64,000 nt of DNA from a candidate division FCPU426 bacterium (GCA_963840035.1 CAWIXE010000002.1:224001-288000), one strand, 5' to 3'; shown: positions 20,571 to 30,683, counted from the stretch's first letter. Notes: generated by a model not told the origin, from the letters alone. A program made the numbers and translations.

Positions 20571-20960
20571 ATGGACAGGGTAACGCATTTTGAAATACCT
20601 TTTGACAACAAGGCACGCGCTTTAAAGTTTTACTCGGGGATCTTCGGCTGGGAAACCATGGACATACCTGAGATGAACTATGTCATGGTCCACGCGGCAA
20701 AGACCGACAAAAAGAACATGGTCGCTGAAAAAGGGGCGATAAACGGCGGGCTATTTCCCAGGGAGGACAAGGCGAAGAATCCCATCGTCGTCATAGGGGT
20801 GGATTCCATAGACGAGACGGTTAAAAAAGTCCTTGCCGGCGGCGGCAGGCTCATCATGCCAAAGCAGCCCATACCAAACGGCTCATACGCGCGCATAGCC
20901 GACAGCGAGGGGAATATTATAGGGCTCGCGGACATGTCAAAGACAGAAAACAAAAAATAA
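20571..20960 (+). CDS. VOC/glyoxalase family protein
   Basis: VTHFEIP...RALKFYSGIFGW...GAINGG...DSEGNIIGL; GGAGG RBS. Confidence 0.9.
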   Translation: MDRVTHFEIPFDNKARALKFYSGIFGWETMDIPEMNYVMVHAAKTDKKNMVAEKGAINGGLFPREDKAKNPIVVIGVDSIDETVKKVLAGGGRLIMPKQPIPNGSYARIADSEGNIIGLADMSKTENKK

Positions 20961-20970
20961 GGGGGAACAA

Positions 20971-21516
20971 ATGGGTAAATTCGCAGCAGCGGCAATTGCG
21001 GTAATCATCGCGGCATTTTTAATCTACGCCGCGACAAAGCCGGACACTTTCACTGTCCAGCGCTCCATCGTCATCAAGGCATCACCGGAAAAGATTTTTC
21101 CGCTTATCGAGGACTTCCACGCGTGGGCAGGCTGGTCGCCCTTTGAGAAGCTCGACCCGGCAATGACAAAGACTTTTACAGGCCCGGCAAAAGGCGTGGG
21201 CGCGGTCTATACGTGGGCAGGCAACAAAAAAGCGGGCGAAGGCAGGATGGAAATAACACAGGCCAAAGCCCCGGAAAAACTGGTAATCAAGCTGGACTTT
21301 ACCAAGCCCATGATGGCCAGCAACACCACGGAATACACCCTGGTTAAAAAAGGGGAAGAAACAGAAGTCACCTGGACAATGAACGGAAAGAACAACTACA
21401 TGTCCAAGCTCTTTCAGATAGTGGTAAGCATGGACGCCATGCTTGGCAATGACTTTACAGAAGGCTTAAATAACCTCAAAGCGCTGGCGGAAAAACAGGG
21501 AACCGCAAAGAAATAG
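20971..21516 (+). CDS. SRPBCC (polyketide cyclase-like) family protein
   Basis: VQRSIVIKASPEKIFPLIEDFHAWAGWSPF...GEGRMEI...GLNNLKALAE. Confidence 0.88.
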   Translation: MGKFAAAAIAVIIAAFLIYAATKPDTFTVQRSIVIKASPEKIFPLIEDFHAWAGWSPFEKLDPAMTKTFTGPAKGVGAVYTWAGNKKAGEGRMEITQAKAPEKLVIKLDFTKPMMASNTTEYTLVKKGEETEVTWTMNGKNNYMSKLFQIVVSMDAMLGNDFTEGLNNLKALAEKQGTAKK

Positions 21517-21542
21517 GGCAAAATATAAAATTAAAAGTCATT

Positions 21543-21567
21543 GTAGAGAGGGGGCTTGCCCCCTCTC
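21543..21567 (+). repeat. GTAG-type REP-like hairpin
   Basis: GTAGAGAGGGGGCTTGCCCCCTCTC; also at 30466 and 31983, degenerate at 45566. Confidence 0.8.
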
Positions 21568-21619
21568 AGACAATGGCTTTTTATGCTTAAGGATGTATAA
21601 AACACATACCGGAGGGGCC

Positions 21620-22276
21620 ATGAAAATACTGGTGCTCGGCGCAACAGGAAGGACAGGAAAGTATGTCATAGAAGAAGCATTAAGGAAGGGCCACAAGGTA
21701 TCGGCAATCGTGCGCGACCCGCAGAAGCTCAAGGGTTATGACGTAGAAATAACGGAAGGCACACCGTATGATTACGAGACTGTTAAAAAAGCCATGTCAG
21801 GCTGTGACGCGGTCATAAACGTTTTGAACGTCTCCAGGACGTCAGACAATTTCTGGGCGCCGCTCCGCTCGCCGAAAGACATGATATCAGCCTCGGCCGC
21901 AAACGCCGTCATGGCCATGGAAAAATGCGGGGTTACAAGATTCGTCGCGCTGGGTGCCATAGGCGCGGGCCGCTCATGGAAATCCATCCCGTGGATAATG
22001 AAGCTGGCGATAAACGGAAGCAACCTAAAATACGCCTTCGAAGACCACGGCAGGCAGGAAAAAATCCTTGAGGATTCAGCCGTGGATTACACAGTATGCC
22101 GCGCCCCCATGCTAGCCCCTGAAAACAATGACACAGGAGCCGAAGCAACTCCGGAAACCAAACCACCCGCAAGTATGAGTTTAAGCAGGAACTCCGCGGC
22201 GGAGTTTTTTATAAGGATAATAGAGAATAAGGAGTACATAAGACAGATGATAAACCTGGCGAATAAACCGAAATAA
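21620..22276 (+). CDS. NAD(P)H-binding oxidoreductase (flavin reductase/BVR-B-like)
   Basis: MKILVLGATGRTG Rossmann motif; YEDH-like AFEDHGRQE. Confidence 0.88.
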   Translation: MKILVLGATGRTGKYVIEEALRKGHKVSAIVRDPQKLKGYDVEITEGTPYDYETVKKAMSGCDAVINVLNVSRTSDNFWAPLRSPKDMISASAANAVMAMEKCGVTRFVALGAIGAGRSWKSIPWIMKLAINGSNLKYAFEDHGRQEKILEDSAVDYTVCRAPMLAPENNDTGAEATPETKPPASMSLSRNSAAEFFIRIIENKEYIRQMINLANKPK

Positions 22277-22309
22277 AAATGTTAGCACGTGTTCTTTTTG
22301 CTTTTTCAT

Positions 22310-22489
22310 CCCTCTCCCCCCGGGAGAGGGTAGGGTGAGGGGGCGTAAGAACAAAATTCACCTCACCCCAGCCCCTCTCTCCCCCGCAAGGGGGGACTAT
22401 AAATAGCTAAGAGGAGAGGGGCGTAATGTAACAAACATAAAGTTTTGTCCTTTTATCCCTCTCCCTCCGGGAGAGGGTAGGGTGAGGGG
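22310..22489. repeat. CCCTCTCC...GGAGAGGGTAGGGTGAGGG palindromic repeat cluster (3 copies)
   Basis: Forward at 22310 and 22457, reverse at 22359 (with a 27-bp loop insert); same family at 46479..46565. Confidence 0.85.
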
Positions 22490-22588
22490 ACGGCAGGGGA
22501 ATATTGCTTGCGGATGTTTAAAAATCAAAGTAAAATACTCCAATAGAGCTACGCAATCAGTCAATATCACATTTGTCTGCGGGGGAGT

Positions 22589-23338
22589 ATGAAAAAAATT
22601 ATATTTACGGCTCTGGCGCTTGCCTTATCCGTGAACATCACGGCCGGAGCGCTTTCCGAACCGAAATGGGAAAAAGTCAGCCTTGATAAAGGGCCGGTCA
22701 AAAAGAGCATAGAAAAGAAAATGGGGAAGATCAGAAAAACGGATGAAGTCTACGCCGACCTGACATGCTGCCAGGGCATAAACGCGTACATAGTGGACAG
22801 GCCGGAGAAAAAAAAGATACAACCGGATAAAAGCGAGCCATATTCGAGGATATTCCTCTTTAATAAAAAGAATGAACTGATCGCATGGTTTGAAAACTCA
22901 AGGACGGATACATTTTATACCTTCACGGTTGACAATAAGCAGCTTTACCTCTTCTCCCTCAGCGAAAACCCGTATGAGGCATTTTCTGAAGCCTACTATG
23001 AAATATTTTTCGTTTCTGATAATAAACTCACAAGCGTGCTAAAAGCCTTCGCGGGAAATTACGCGCTGAATGCCCCGTGCCTTGTAAATCTGGACCTTAA
23101 GAATTACGCCGCGCCCGGCATAGAACTGGCGTTTAAGGATAAAAACAGGGAGATATACTCCAGGATAAGCGTGACTGAAATAGCGGGAAGCAAGAGGACA
23201 AAGGAATTTGCAAAGAAGTATGATAAAAAGAAGGTTGTTTTCAGGTGGGACGGCAGTAAGTACGCAGCAAAATTGAAAGGTTTTGACGGTATAAGCGGGG
23301 AATTAAAGGAACTGGAAAAAACAGAACCGCTGCACTGA
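22589..23338 (+). CDS. Secreted hypothetical protein
   Basis: Signal peptide MKKIIFTALALALSVNITAGA; GGGGAG RBS. Confidence 0.65.
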   Translation: MKKIIFTALALALSVNITAGALSEPKWEKVSLDKGPVKKSIEKKMGKIRKTDEVYADLTCCQGINAYIVDRPEKKKIQPDKSEPYSRIFLFNKKNELIAWFENSRTDTFYTFTVDNKQLYLFSLSENPYEAFSEAYYEIFFVSDNKLTSVLKAFAGNYALNAPCLVNLDLKNYAAPGIELAFKDKNREIYSRISVTEIAGSKRTKEFAKKYDKKKVVFRWDGSKYAAKLKGFDGISGELKELEKTEPLH

Positions 23339-23467
23339 GCCGGCGATTTACCGGATTCCGGACGTTTGATCGGCTTCGGCAATCGCGATGTGAGGCCTGG
23401 CGGAAAAACCGCTTGACGATAAATCCGGGATGATATAATATGATCGAAATTTCACGGGGGGTATTAA

Positions 23468-24190
23468 ATGAAAAAAATAACAGTTTTGACGATTGCCGTA
23501 ATAATCGCTGCGGTTTTAATTTCCTGCAGCAAAGATTCTCCGACAGTCGTAAATCCGGTTGCCAACACCTATGTGGCGCAGTTCCAGCAGGGCGTGCTGC
23601 CTTCATCCGCTTATAACGGAATTAATGACACGCACATAACAAACGCGGCAGGGAAGACAGACCACTCATTTGCCACCTGCGATACGATTTCGCTCGGCAG
23701 GCAGACTACAAACGTATACAGGATTGCCATATCGTGCGCCATGAACTCCATACCTTCCTCGGCAAAAGTGACAAAGGCTTTTCTTACGCTCACCGGGCAG
23801 ACCATGGATACTACCGGGCTCACTGCCACGGCATACGCCCAGTCAGATTACTGGTTCCAGGGAAGCAACGGATGCGACATACTTTATACTAATCCGATGG
23901 ATGGCAGGTGGAACGGCCCGTGGACAGCCGGAGGCAGCCTCGTAAATCCGATGAGCAACTCGGCATTTATTTCCTATAACGCGCCCAACAGGCAGCTGAC
24001 ACTGGAACTTGATACAACCACGGTCCAGAACTGGGTCAAGTACGGCGTATCTTCATACCCGGACGCGAATAACGGGCTTGTCATAAAGGCCTCGGATGAA
24101 GTAGCAGGAGGCTATGCGGCGTTTATTTCGAGTGATAACAGCATATACCTGATGTACCGTCCAATATTTACAATATACTACCAGCTTTAA
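23468..24190 (+). CDS. Lipoprotein with a DNRLRE-like domain
   Basis: Lipobox LISC; FQQGVLP..AYNGINDTHI, VQNWV...NNGLVIK...RP pattern. Confidence 0.7.
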   Translation: MKKITVLTIAVIIAAVLISCSKDSPTVVNPVANTYVAQFQQGVLPSSAYNGINDTHITNAAGKTDHSFATCDTISLGRQTTNVYRIAISCAMNSIPSSAKVTKAFLTLTGQTMDTTGLTATAYAQSDYWFQGSNGCDILYTNPMDGRWNGPWTAGGSLVNPMSNSAFISYNAPNRQLTLELDTTTVQNWVKYGVSSYPDANNGLVIKASDEVAGGYAAFISSDNSIYLMYRPIFTIYYQL

Positions 24191-24310
24191 TAGCGGTTTT
24201 GCGGGGCGCGAATTGACAGTTTTATCGCTCGGGATTTGTCCGTTGTTTTTTTTGATTTTTGGCGGTGTTTGTAAATATTAAAATTCCAATAATAATAAGG
24301 GGAGGAATAC

Positions 24311-25006
24311 ATGAAGTCAAAATTTATTGTTTTTATTTCCATCGCTTTACTCTTGTTTTTCGCTTTCAGCTGTAAAAAAACAAACCCGGCAGCCTCAGAT
24401 GACCCGGCTGCCAATACCGCCACTGTGACATGCACAAAAACAACCACCGAGACCGCGACCGCTTCACCGACCGCGACGTCAAGTCCTACAGCGACAGCGA
24501 CCATAAAGATAGTTTTAGACCAGCATTTCGACTCAACCGTGGAAGGCTGGACGCTTGACCCGGCAAAGACAGGCGGCGTTTCCATAGCTTTCCATGACAC
24601 TGACCCGTACGGCGCGCTGGGAACTACGGGCTGCGCAAAGGTAAGCTGTAACTTTACCGGAGCCGGCGGTTATTCCACGGCAGCCTCATCACTGGCTATA
24701 GTTTATGACTTCCCGTCGCCTGTCGACCTGAAAAGGCACAGCGTGAGTTTTAACCTTTATATCCCGTCGAGCCTCTCAGCGCTGTCATACGGCATACAGC
24801 TGGAGTTTTCCACGGTAAATAACTCAACTTATCACGGTGTAGTCAGTTTTGGTCTTACAACGTCAGACTGGAACAGTTTCCAGATAAGTTATAACAGTGC
24901 GCCTTCTGACGCGGACCAGACGAATTCAGTAAGGTTTCTCATATGGATGCCGGCAAGCAGTACGCCATGGGCCGGGGATATTTATCTTGATGAGATATAC
25001 TGGTAA
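24311..25006 (+). CDS. Lipoprotein with a Thr-rich linker and probable beta-sandwich domain
   Basis: Lipobox AFSC; TATASPTATSSPTATAT; ends IYLDEIYW. Confidence 0.7.
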   Translation: MKSKFIVFISIALLLFFAFSCKKTNPAASDDPAANTATVTCTKTTTETATASPTATSSPTATATIKIVLDQHFDSTVEGWTLDPAKTGGVSIAFHDTDPYGALGTTGCAKVSCNFTGAGGYSTAASSLAIVYDFPSPVDLKRHSVSFNLYIPSSLSALSYGIQLEFSTVNNSTYHGVVSFGLTTSDWNSFQISYNSAPSDADQTNSVRFLIWMPASSTPWAGDIYLDEIYW

Positions 25007-25018
25007 AAAAGCATAGAA

Positions 25019-25048
25019 CAAAAGGGCGGGTGAAAACCCGCCCTTTTG
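25019..25048 (+). terminator. Intrinsic terminator
   Basis: CAAAAGGGCGGG-TGAAAA-CCCGCCCTTTTG. Confidence 0.8.
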
Positions 25049-25249
25049 CATTTTAGGCCGGAGTAAAGGGGAGATGGGATTGCTGATTTAGTAAGATAAA
25101 CCATCCCAAAACCAAAGATTTATTGTAATCATTACAGTTTTGTAATGCGGAAACGATTTAAATCTGTCTATGGATTTATTTCCCGCAGAGGTATATAATA
25201 TTTTCACGATACCTAATGGGACATACACAAACGGAAAAATGTTGAAGGC

Positions 25250-25514
25250 GAGACACAGCAAGCTGTGTCTCTACAAAAAACAATTGAGAAACCTCCCTTC
25301 GTAGAGCCGCTGCTTGCTGCGGCTCAGACGTTGAAGGGCGAATGATGTAAGCATTGTGTTCTCGTAGGGGCGATTTCCACGGGACTTCGCACGAATCGCC
25401 CAAACCAAGACAATTATTGATAACCACTGTAGAGACGCAGCTTGCCTGCGTCTCAGACGTTGAAGGGCGAGACACAGCATCCTTCGACATGCTCAGGATT
25501 AGGCTGTGTCTCTA
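25250..25514. repeat. Cluster of five GTAG/CTAC-tagged REP-like hairpins
   Basis: Hairpins at 25250, 25301, 25364, 25429, 25469; linker AGACGTTGAAGGGCGA repeated. Confidence 0.85.
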
Positions 25515-25536
25515 AAAAAAACACCAGGAGCAACCG

Positions 25537-26168
25537 TGACCGCACGCGACGCATCGTTAAAAACCACCCTCATCCTATTTCTGTTTTTATGTTTGTTCTT
25601 GTCCTCATCCTGCACTCATAACAAATCCACCGAAGTGGAAGCCACCTTCGGAAAAGAGGGGAAAATGTCCAAAAAAGTCCTGGTAGCCTACGCATCCTTC
25701 TCAGGCTCTACAGCTGAGACGGCGATGTTTATAGGGAAGAAGTTAGGGGAAAAAGGAATGGCAGTGGATGTAAAGCCGGTTGAAAAGACAAAAAGCGTGG
25801 AAGGCTACGACCGGGTAATAATAGGCTCAGCCGTCATGATGGGCAAGCTAAAGCCATCGGTTGTGGCCTTCACAGAAAAGAACAAAACCGCCTTAAACAA
25901 GGTCCCGGTCTCGCTCTTCATAGTCTGCCTGACCATGGCCAAAGACACGCCAGAGAATAGAAAAACAGCCTCAGGTTACCTGGACCCGTTAAAAGCGCAG
26001 GTTAAGCCGGTAGGTCCTGAAGGGTTATTTCCGGGGAGGGTACGTTTTAAGGATTTGCCATACCCACAGAAGTTTTTGACATGGCTGCCGGCGTTTAAAA
26101 AGGCTGTGCCGGAGATGGATAGTTTGGATTGGGTGGGGGTGGAGAAGTGGGTGGGGGAAGTGAAGTAG
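25537..26168 (+). CDS. Flavodoxin-domain protein (HemG-like); start uncertain (GTG 25537 or ATG 25664)
   Basis: VLVAYASFSGSTAE, YDRVIIGSAV, DW..V..W C-terminus; possible lipobox LSSSC in the longer form. Confidence 0.8.
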
Positions 26169-26199
26169 ATATGAAGTTAAAGAAACAAGTTAAAAAAAC

Positions 26200-27081
26200 A
26201 TGGTGAAGCAAAACGTAAATGAAATTTTAAAAGAGATTTTTAATAAAATTCGACCTCAAATAGATGGAAATAATAGTTTTAAGAGTATCGACCTGAGTGC
26301 GCTTACGGAAAAAGAAAAGAAAATATTTCAACAATATGCTGCGCAAGCAAAAAACACCATAGAACATTCATACCAAGACAGGAAAGGGAAAAAGCATTCA
26401 TTTGAATTTAATGGGCATATTAATTTGTTGTTTTGCCAAATTTTCAATGAAATGTTAATAATTGATTCGTATTTGAATTTTAGTGAAAAATACCATGTTG
26501 AAATATTTAGAAAGTTAGTTCGACAAATCGGAGGACGTAAAAGGAAATACGATTTTTATAATGATTTAGAAAATGATGTTCAACGCGACTCGTATTTCGC
26601 TTTAGGTTTTACATTTCCCGAAAAGTTAAGATATTCAATTTTTGTGTATTTGTGGAGTTTGTTTGAAAATTGGTTGTATAATATTTGTGATTATTTACAA
26701 AAGATGTATTCAAAAAAGACAATTTTTGATGAAATGAAAGGTAGCAAAATTGAAAATGCAAAGAAATACTTTAAGGATGTAATTGGTTTAAGGATTTCGT
26801 TGGATGGGAATTGGAACTTTTTACTCTCGTGTAATAAAATACGGCATGTATTAGTTCACAATAATGGGATAATTAGCGGAACAAAATATGAAAAAGAAAT
26901 TCGAAGATTTGTTGCTGCGAACAAGAAAAATGTTCGAATAACTATAAAATCAAATTGGCACAACGAAAGAAGTGATGCATTAGAGTTGAAGCGAGGTTTT
27001 AGTTTTGAGTGCACAAAGATAATGCGTGTTTTTTTGTACAAAATATACAAAAGTATTGAAAATTATGGAAGTGAAACATAA
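26200..27081 (+). CDS. AT-rich hypothetical protein with a HEPN-like Rx4H motif
   Basis: SIFVYLWSLFENWL and IRHVLVHNNG; visibly AT-rich relative to neighbours. Confidence 0.6.
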   Translation: MVKQNVNEILKEIFNKIRPQIDGNNSFKSIDLSALTEKEKKIFQQYAAQAKNTIEHSYQDRKGKKHSFEFNGHINLLFCQIFNEMLIIDSYLNFSEKYHVEIFRKLVRQIGGRKRKYDFYNDLENDVQRDSYFALGFTFPEKLRYSIFVYLWSLFENWLYNICDYLQKMYSKKTIFDEMKGSKIENAKKYFKDVIGLRISLDGNWNFLLSCNKIRHVLVHNNGIISGTKYEKEIRRFVAANKKNVRITIKSNWHNERSDALELKRGFSFECTKIMRVFLYKIYKSIENYGSET

Positions 27082-27147
27082 AAGTGTTGTTCGTGTTTGA
27101 AAATGCAATTTATTGAAAAGAAAACAAATATGAAGCGCGGAGGCTTT

Positions 27148-28107
27148 ATGCAAAACCGAAAACTCGGCTGGACCGGCCTTAACCTATCCACCATCGGTCT
27201 CGGCACCTGGGCCGCAGGCGGTGGGGATTGGAAGTTTGGGTGGGGGCCGCAGGATGATAATGATACAATCAGGACCATACATGAGGCTTTAGATACCGGA
27301 ATTAACTGGATTGATACCGCCGCTGTGTATGGACTTGGTCATTCTGAAGTTGTGGTGGGGAAGTCGATTAAAGTCATTCGTAATCAAGTCATTATCGCCA
27401 CTAAGTGTGAGCGGCATTGGAAGGCTGATGGGAGTGAGATATTTGGGGTTTTGAAGAAAGCTTCCATTAAAAAAGAATGCGAAGAATCGCTGGCTCGCCT
27501 TGGGACTGACCGGATTGACCTTTATCAGATACACTGGCCTCAGCCGGAAGAAGATATCGTAGAGGGTTGGGAAGCTATACAGGAACTTATAAAAGAGGGG
27601 AAAGTTCGGTTTGGCGGGGTTTCTAACTTTTCTACTTCTCAGATGAAAAACATCTGGCCTTCGGGGAAGATTGCTTCACTTCAGCCTCCTTACAGCATGT
27701 TCAGGCGGGGGGTGGAGGCGGAGCAGATGGGGTATTGTGCCGCTAATAACATCGGGATGATTGTTTATTCTCCTATGGAGAAGGGGCTTTTGACCGGGAA
27801 GGTGACGGCGGAGTGGGTGAAGAACCTGGATGAGAGCGACCACCGGAAGCGGGATGGGAATTTTAATGAACCTTTACTTTCGAAAAACCTGGCTATAATA
27901 GAAAAACTGAAGGCTGTGGCTTTGAAAGTCGGTATAACTTTGAGCCAGTTGGCTTTGGCGTGGGTGTTACGGCGGCCGGAAGTGACGGCGGCTATTGTGG
28001 GGGCGAGGAAACCAGGGCAGATAACGGAGACTGCGAAGGCGGGGGATTTGGTTTTGACGGGGGATGTGATTGCGGAGGTTGAGGGGATATTAAAAGAACG
28101 GGTATAA
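27148..28107 (+). CDS. Aldo/keto reductase
   Basis: IGLGTW, WIDTAAVYGLGHSE, IATK, IDLYQIHWP, GVSNF, LQPPYSM. Confidence 0.95.
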   Translation: MQNRKLGWTGLNLSTIGLGTWAAGGGDWKFGWGPQDDNDTIRTIHEALDTGINWIDTAAVYGLGHSEVVVGKSIKVIRNQVIIATKCERHWKADGSEIFGVLKKASIKKECEESLARLGTDRIDLYQIHWPQPEEDIVEGWEAIQELIKEGKVRFGGVSNFSTSQMKNIWPSGKIASLQPPYSMFRRGVEAEQMGYCAANNIGMIVYSPMEKGLLTGKVTAEWVKNLDESDHRKRDGNFNEPLLSKNLAIIEKLKAVALKVGITLSQLALAWVLRRPEVTAAIVGARKPGQITETAKAGDLVLTGDVIAEVEGILKERV

Positions 28108-28131
28108 TTGGCGATTATAAAGCCAGCGTCT

Positions 28132-28232
28132 GAGCCGCAGCATCCTTCGACAAGCTCAGGATTAGGCAGCGGCTCTACGAAGGCTAAATACAAAAGCCTG
28201 CGTTGCGGGCGGCCACATGGGGCCGCCCCTAC
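28132..28232. repeat. Two CTAC-ended REP-like hairpins, the first with a loop insert
   Basis: GAGCCGCAGC[ATCCTTCGACAAGCTCAGGATT]AGGCAGCGGCTCTAC and GGGCGGCCACATGGGGCCGCCCCTAC. Confidence 0.8.
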
Positions 28233-28252
28233 GGGGAGATATTGGTGGTTAA

Positions 28253-28585
28253 ATGAAAAAAATGATTTCAATATTATTGACTGCGGCGGTTTTGTTTAAT
28301 GTCTTTTCTGGATGCGCTACGGTCAGCCAGAGGACTGATACGGAACCTGTACAGCAGGATAAACCCGGTATTTTCGGAAAGAATACCTTGGGTAAATTTC
28401 TTGGCGGGCTTGCCGGGGGAGGGTTGGGGTTTTTGATTTCTTTACCTGTCTATGCCGCTCTGTCTAAAAACCAAGATTCATATGTGCAGGTAATGTTCAT
28501 TTTTTTAATACCGCTTATAACTGTGGTAGGTGCCGGAACAGGTGCCATTGCAGGGGATGTGGTTGAGGAAACCATTAAAAAATAA
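28253..28585 (+). CDS. Small lipoprotein with Gly-zipper-like hydrophobic helices
   Basis: Lipobox FSGC; GGLAGGGLG and GAGTGAIAG. Confidence 0.65.
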   Translation: MKKMISILLTAAVLFNVFSGCATVSQRTDTEPVQQDKPGIFGKNTLGKFLGGLAGGGLGFLISLPVYAALSKNQDSYVQVMFIFLIPLITVVGAGTGAIAGDVVEETIKK

Positions 28586-28672
28586 TACCTGCATACGCAC
28601 CCCGGTGGGGCGTAGATCCGTCTCCGCTAAAGCTTCGACGGACATGGGGGTGCGATTATTAAGGAGGAATAC

Positions 28673-29197
28673 ATGAAAAACATATTTCAGGCTTTGGCAA
28701 AGTACAACAGCAATGTTAACATGGAGATTGCGGGGATTTTGGAAGGCATGACGGCAGAGAAGCTGGAGGAAAAGACAAAAGCTTTTTATCCCACTGTTAA
28801 GGATTGTCTTTTCCATGTGTTTGCCAGCGATTTTGCCATGTGCAGGCGGTATAAGCTGGCTTTGCCCGGGAGCGGGGTGCTTTCATCCGCACTTCTTTTG
28901 GACGCGGATATTGAGAAGATAAAAAGCGAATCTTCGGCAGACATAAAGGCTTTCTTTAAGTACCGCAGGGAGCTCGACGGGCTTTTGGCTGGGTTTGTGG
29001 GGGAACTGACGGATGAACAGCTGATGATGCCTTTCCACTACACCAATTACAAAAAGGAAAAGGTCGAGACTGTAATGTGGAAAATGCTGCTGCATAATTT
29101 CAACCACCAGACCCATCATAGAGGCGGGCTTGCGGCCATGCTGGATATACTGGGGGTAAAGAATGATTTTTCGGGGACACTGAATAAGATAAATTGA
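28673..29197 (+). CDS. DinB family protein
   Basis: AKYN..N, LFHVF..D, HNFNHQTHHRG; AAGGAGG RBS. Confidence 0.9.
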   Translation: MKNIFQALAKYNSNVNMEIAGILEGMTAEKLEEKTKAFYPTVKDCLFHVFASDFAMCRRYKLALPGSGVLSSALLLDADIEKIKSESSADIKAFFKYRRELDGLLAGFVGELTDEQLMMPFHYTNYKKEKVETVMWKMLLHNFNHQTHHRGGLAAMLDILGVKNDFSGTLNKIN

Positions 29198-29229
29198 TAA
29201 TTGCCGATTAGAGGCAAAATCCGGCGTTT

Positions 29230-29515
29230 GAGCCGCAGCAAGCGGCGGCTCTACGGGGTTGTAAGGATTGTAAATTTTTGATTTTGTAGAGCCACCGCTT
29301 GCATATGTCATGAGCTCAATAATATACTCATGCCATATACATATCGAATGGCTGCGGCTCAGGGCAGGAATTCGTAGTCGCAGGCCTTCCGCCTTCGCTG
29401 AAGCTTCGGCGGACGAGTATCGGCCTGCGCCTACATACGGCATTGACGGACGCGAACGGACGACGGACCAAAGGCCCGCGTGCGCACCCCGGTGGGGCGT
29501 AGAGGGTGCGACTAC
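29230..29515. repeat. Cluster of REP-like hairpins
   Basis: 29230 GAGCCGCAGCAAGCGGCGGCTCTAC; 29374 GTAGTCGCAGGC..GCCTGCG with insert; 29483 CGCACCCCGGTGGGGCGTAGAGGGTGCGACTAC. Confidence 0.75.
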
Positions 29516-29525
29516 GAATACTTAG

Positions 29526-29600
29526 GGCTTTTATCCTTCTTATAGCGTTCGAGAATCGAGAATTGAAAATTGATCAGCAAGCTGGGAAGGGTATTATAAT
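29526..29600 (+). promoter_or_regulatory. Shared 75-bp upstream element, copy 1
   Basis: GCTTTTATCC...GCGTTCGAGAATCGAGAATTGAAAATTGATCAGCAAGCTGGGAAGG.TATTATAAT; homologous to copies at 32032 and 37345. Confidence 0.65.
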
Positions 29601-29621
29601 AAAACCTGCTTAGGAGAACAT

Positions 29622-30446
29622 ATGAAAAAATTTCTTGTAATCATCACTACCTTGATCCTGGTTCTTGTCGCCGGGATATTTGTTTTGTTGGCTCCTGCTA
29701 TTGGCAACTTGTCTAAGGCGGGGGTTGTGGATGTTAATGATAACCTTAAGGTCTTTACCGGCGGGGGGAATTCGGCGGTTTATGTTACTCCTTTTAAGTC
29801 AGCTATAATCATTGTTGATACTAAGTTCGGGGGGGCTTCAAAAACTCTTAAGCAATATACTGACAGTGTGAATCCTAAGGCTAAGGTTACCATTATAAAT
29901 ACACATTTGCACGCTGACCATGTGGGCGGGGATTCTCTTTATCCGGGGGCTGAAGTTATAATGGGCGGGGGGGATGGGGTAAAGACCGGGAATCTCGCGG
30001 ACAGGGTTATAAAACCCGGGGAATCTTATGTTATCAAAATTGACGGGGATGAAATAATAGTGCGCAATATGGGGGTCGGGCATTCTTTTGCCGATATGGT
30101 TGTTTATTTTAAAAATGAAAAACTTCTTATGACCGGGGACCTTGTCTTTAATGGGTGGCATCCTGTGCTGATAAAACAGGGTGGGGCTGATATTGGAAAA
30201 TGGGTGAAGGACCTGGAGTTTTTGCAGGCGAATTATGACGCGAAGACCGTGGTGCCGGGGCATGGGGAGGTTTCAGGGGGGAATATTTTACAGGAACAGA
30301 AGGAGTATTTTGAGGGCATAAAGGCGGCTTTGACGGATCCTGAAAAAATGAAGGCTTTGAAAGAGAAGTATAAGGGATATAACCAGATGCCGTTTTTCAC
30401 GGGAGTTGACAGGACGGCGGAGTTTATGAAAAGCACTGGCTATTGA
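29622..30446 (+). CDS. MBL-fold metallo-hydrolase (cyclase-like), N-terminally anchored or exported
   Basis: NTHLHADHVGG, GHS, TGDL, VPGHG. Confidence 0.92.
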   Translation: MKKFLVIITTLILVLVAGIFVLLAPAIGNLSKAGVVDVNDNLKVFTGGGNSAVYVTPFKSAIIIVDTKFGGASKTLKQYTDSVNPKAKVTIINTHLHADHVGGDSLYPGAEVIMGGGDGVKTGNLADRVIKPGESYVIKIDGDEIIVRNMGVGHSFADMVVYFKNEKLLMTGDLVFNGWHPVLIKQGGADIGKWVKDLEFLQANYDAKTVVPGHGEVSGGNILQEQKEYFEGIKAALTDPEKMKALKEKYKGYNQMPFFTGVDRTAEFMKSTGY

Positions 30447-30465
30447 GCCATAGTAATATGTAGTT

Positions 30466-30646
30466 GTAGAGAGGGGGCTTGCCCCCTCTCAAACCAGGTA
30501 TTAAAACCCAGTGTCTGAGCCGCAGCATCCTTCGACAAGCTCAGGATTAGGCAGCGGCTCTACGAAGAGCAATACAAGAACAAGGCGGTTTGTCTTCGTA
30601 GGGGCGAGCCGGTGGCTCGCCCGGGTTTAGATTTAAGAACGCAAAC
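30466..30646. repeat. Cluster of three REP-like hairpins
   Basis: At 30466, 30517 (with insert) and 30598. Confidence 0.8.
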
Positions 30647-30683
30647 GGATGATGGAACAAATACCAAAAACTAAGGATAAACC

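Noticed and set aside
25176..29525. Small ORFs 25176..25490(-), 25271..25480(-), 28108..28299(+), 29310..29525(+)
   Set aside because: They run through REP clusters and look like repeat translations
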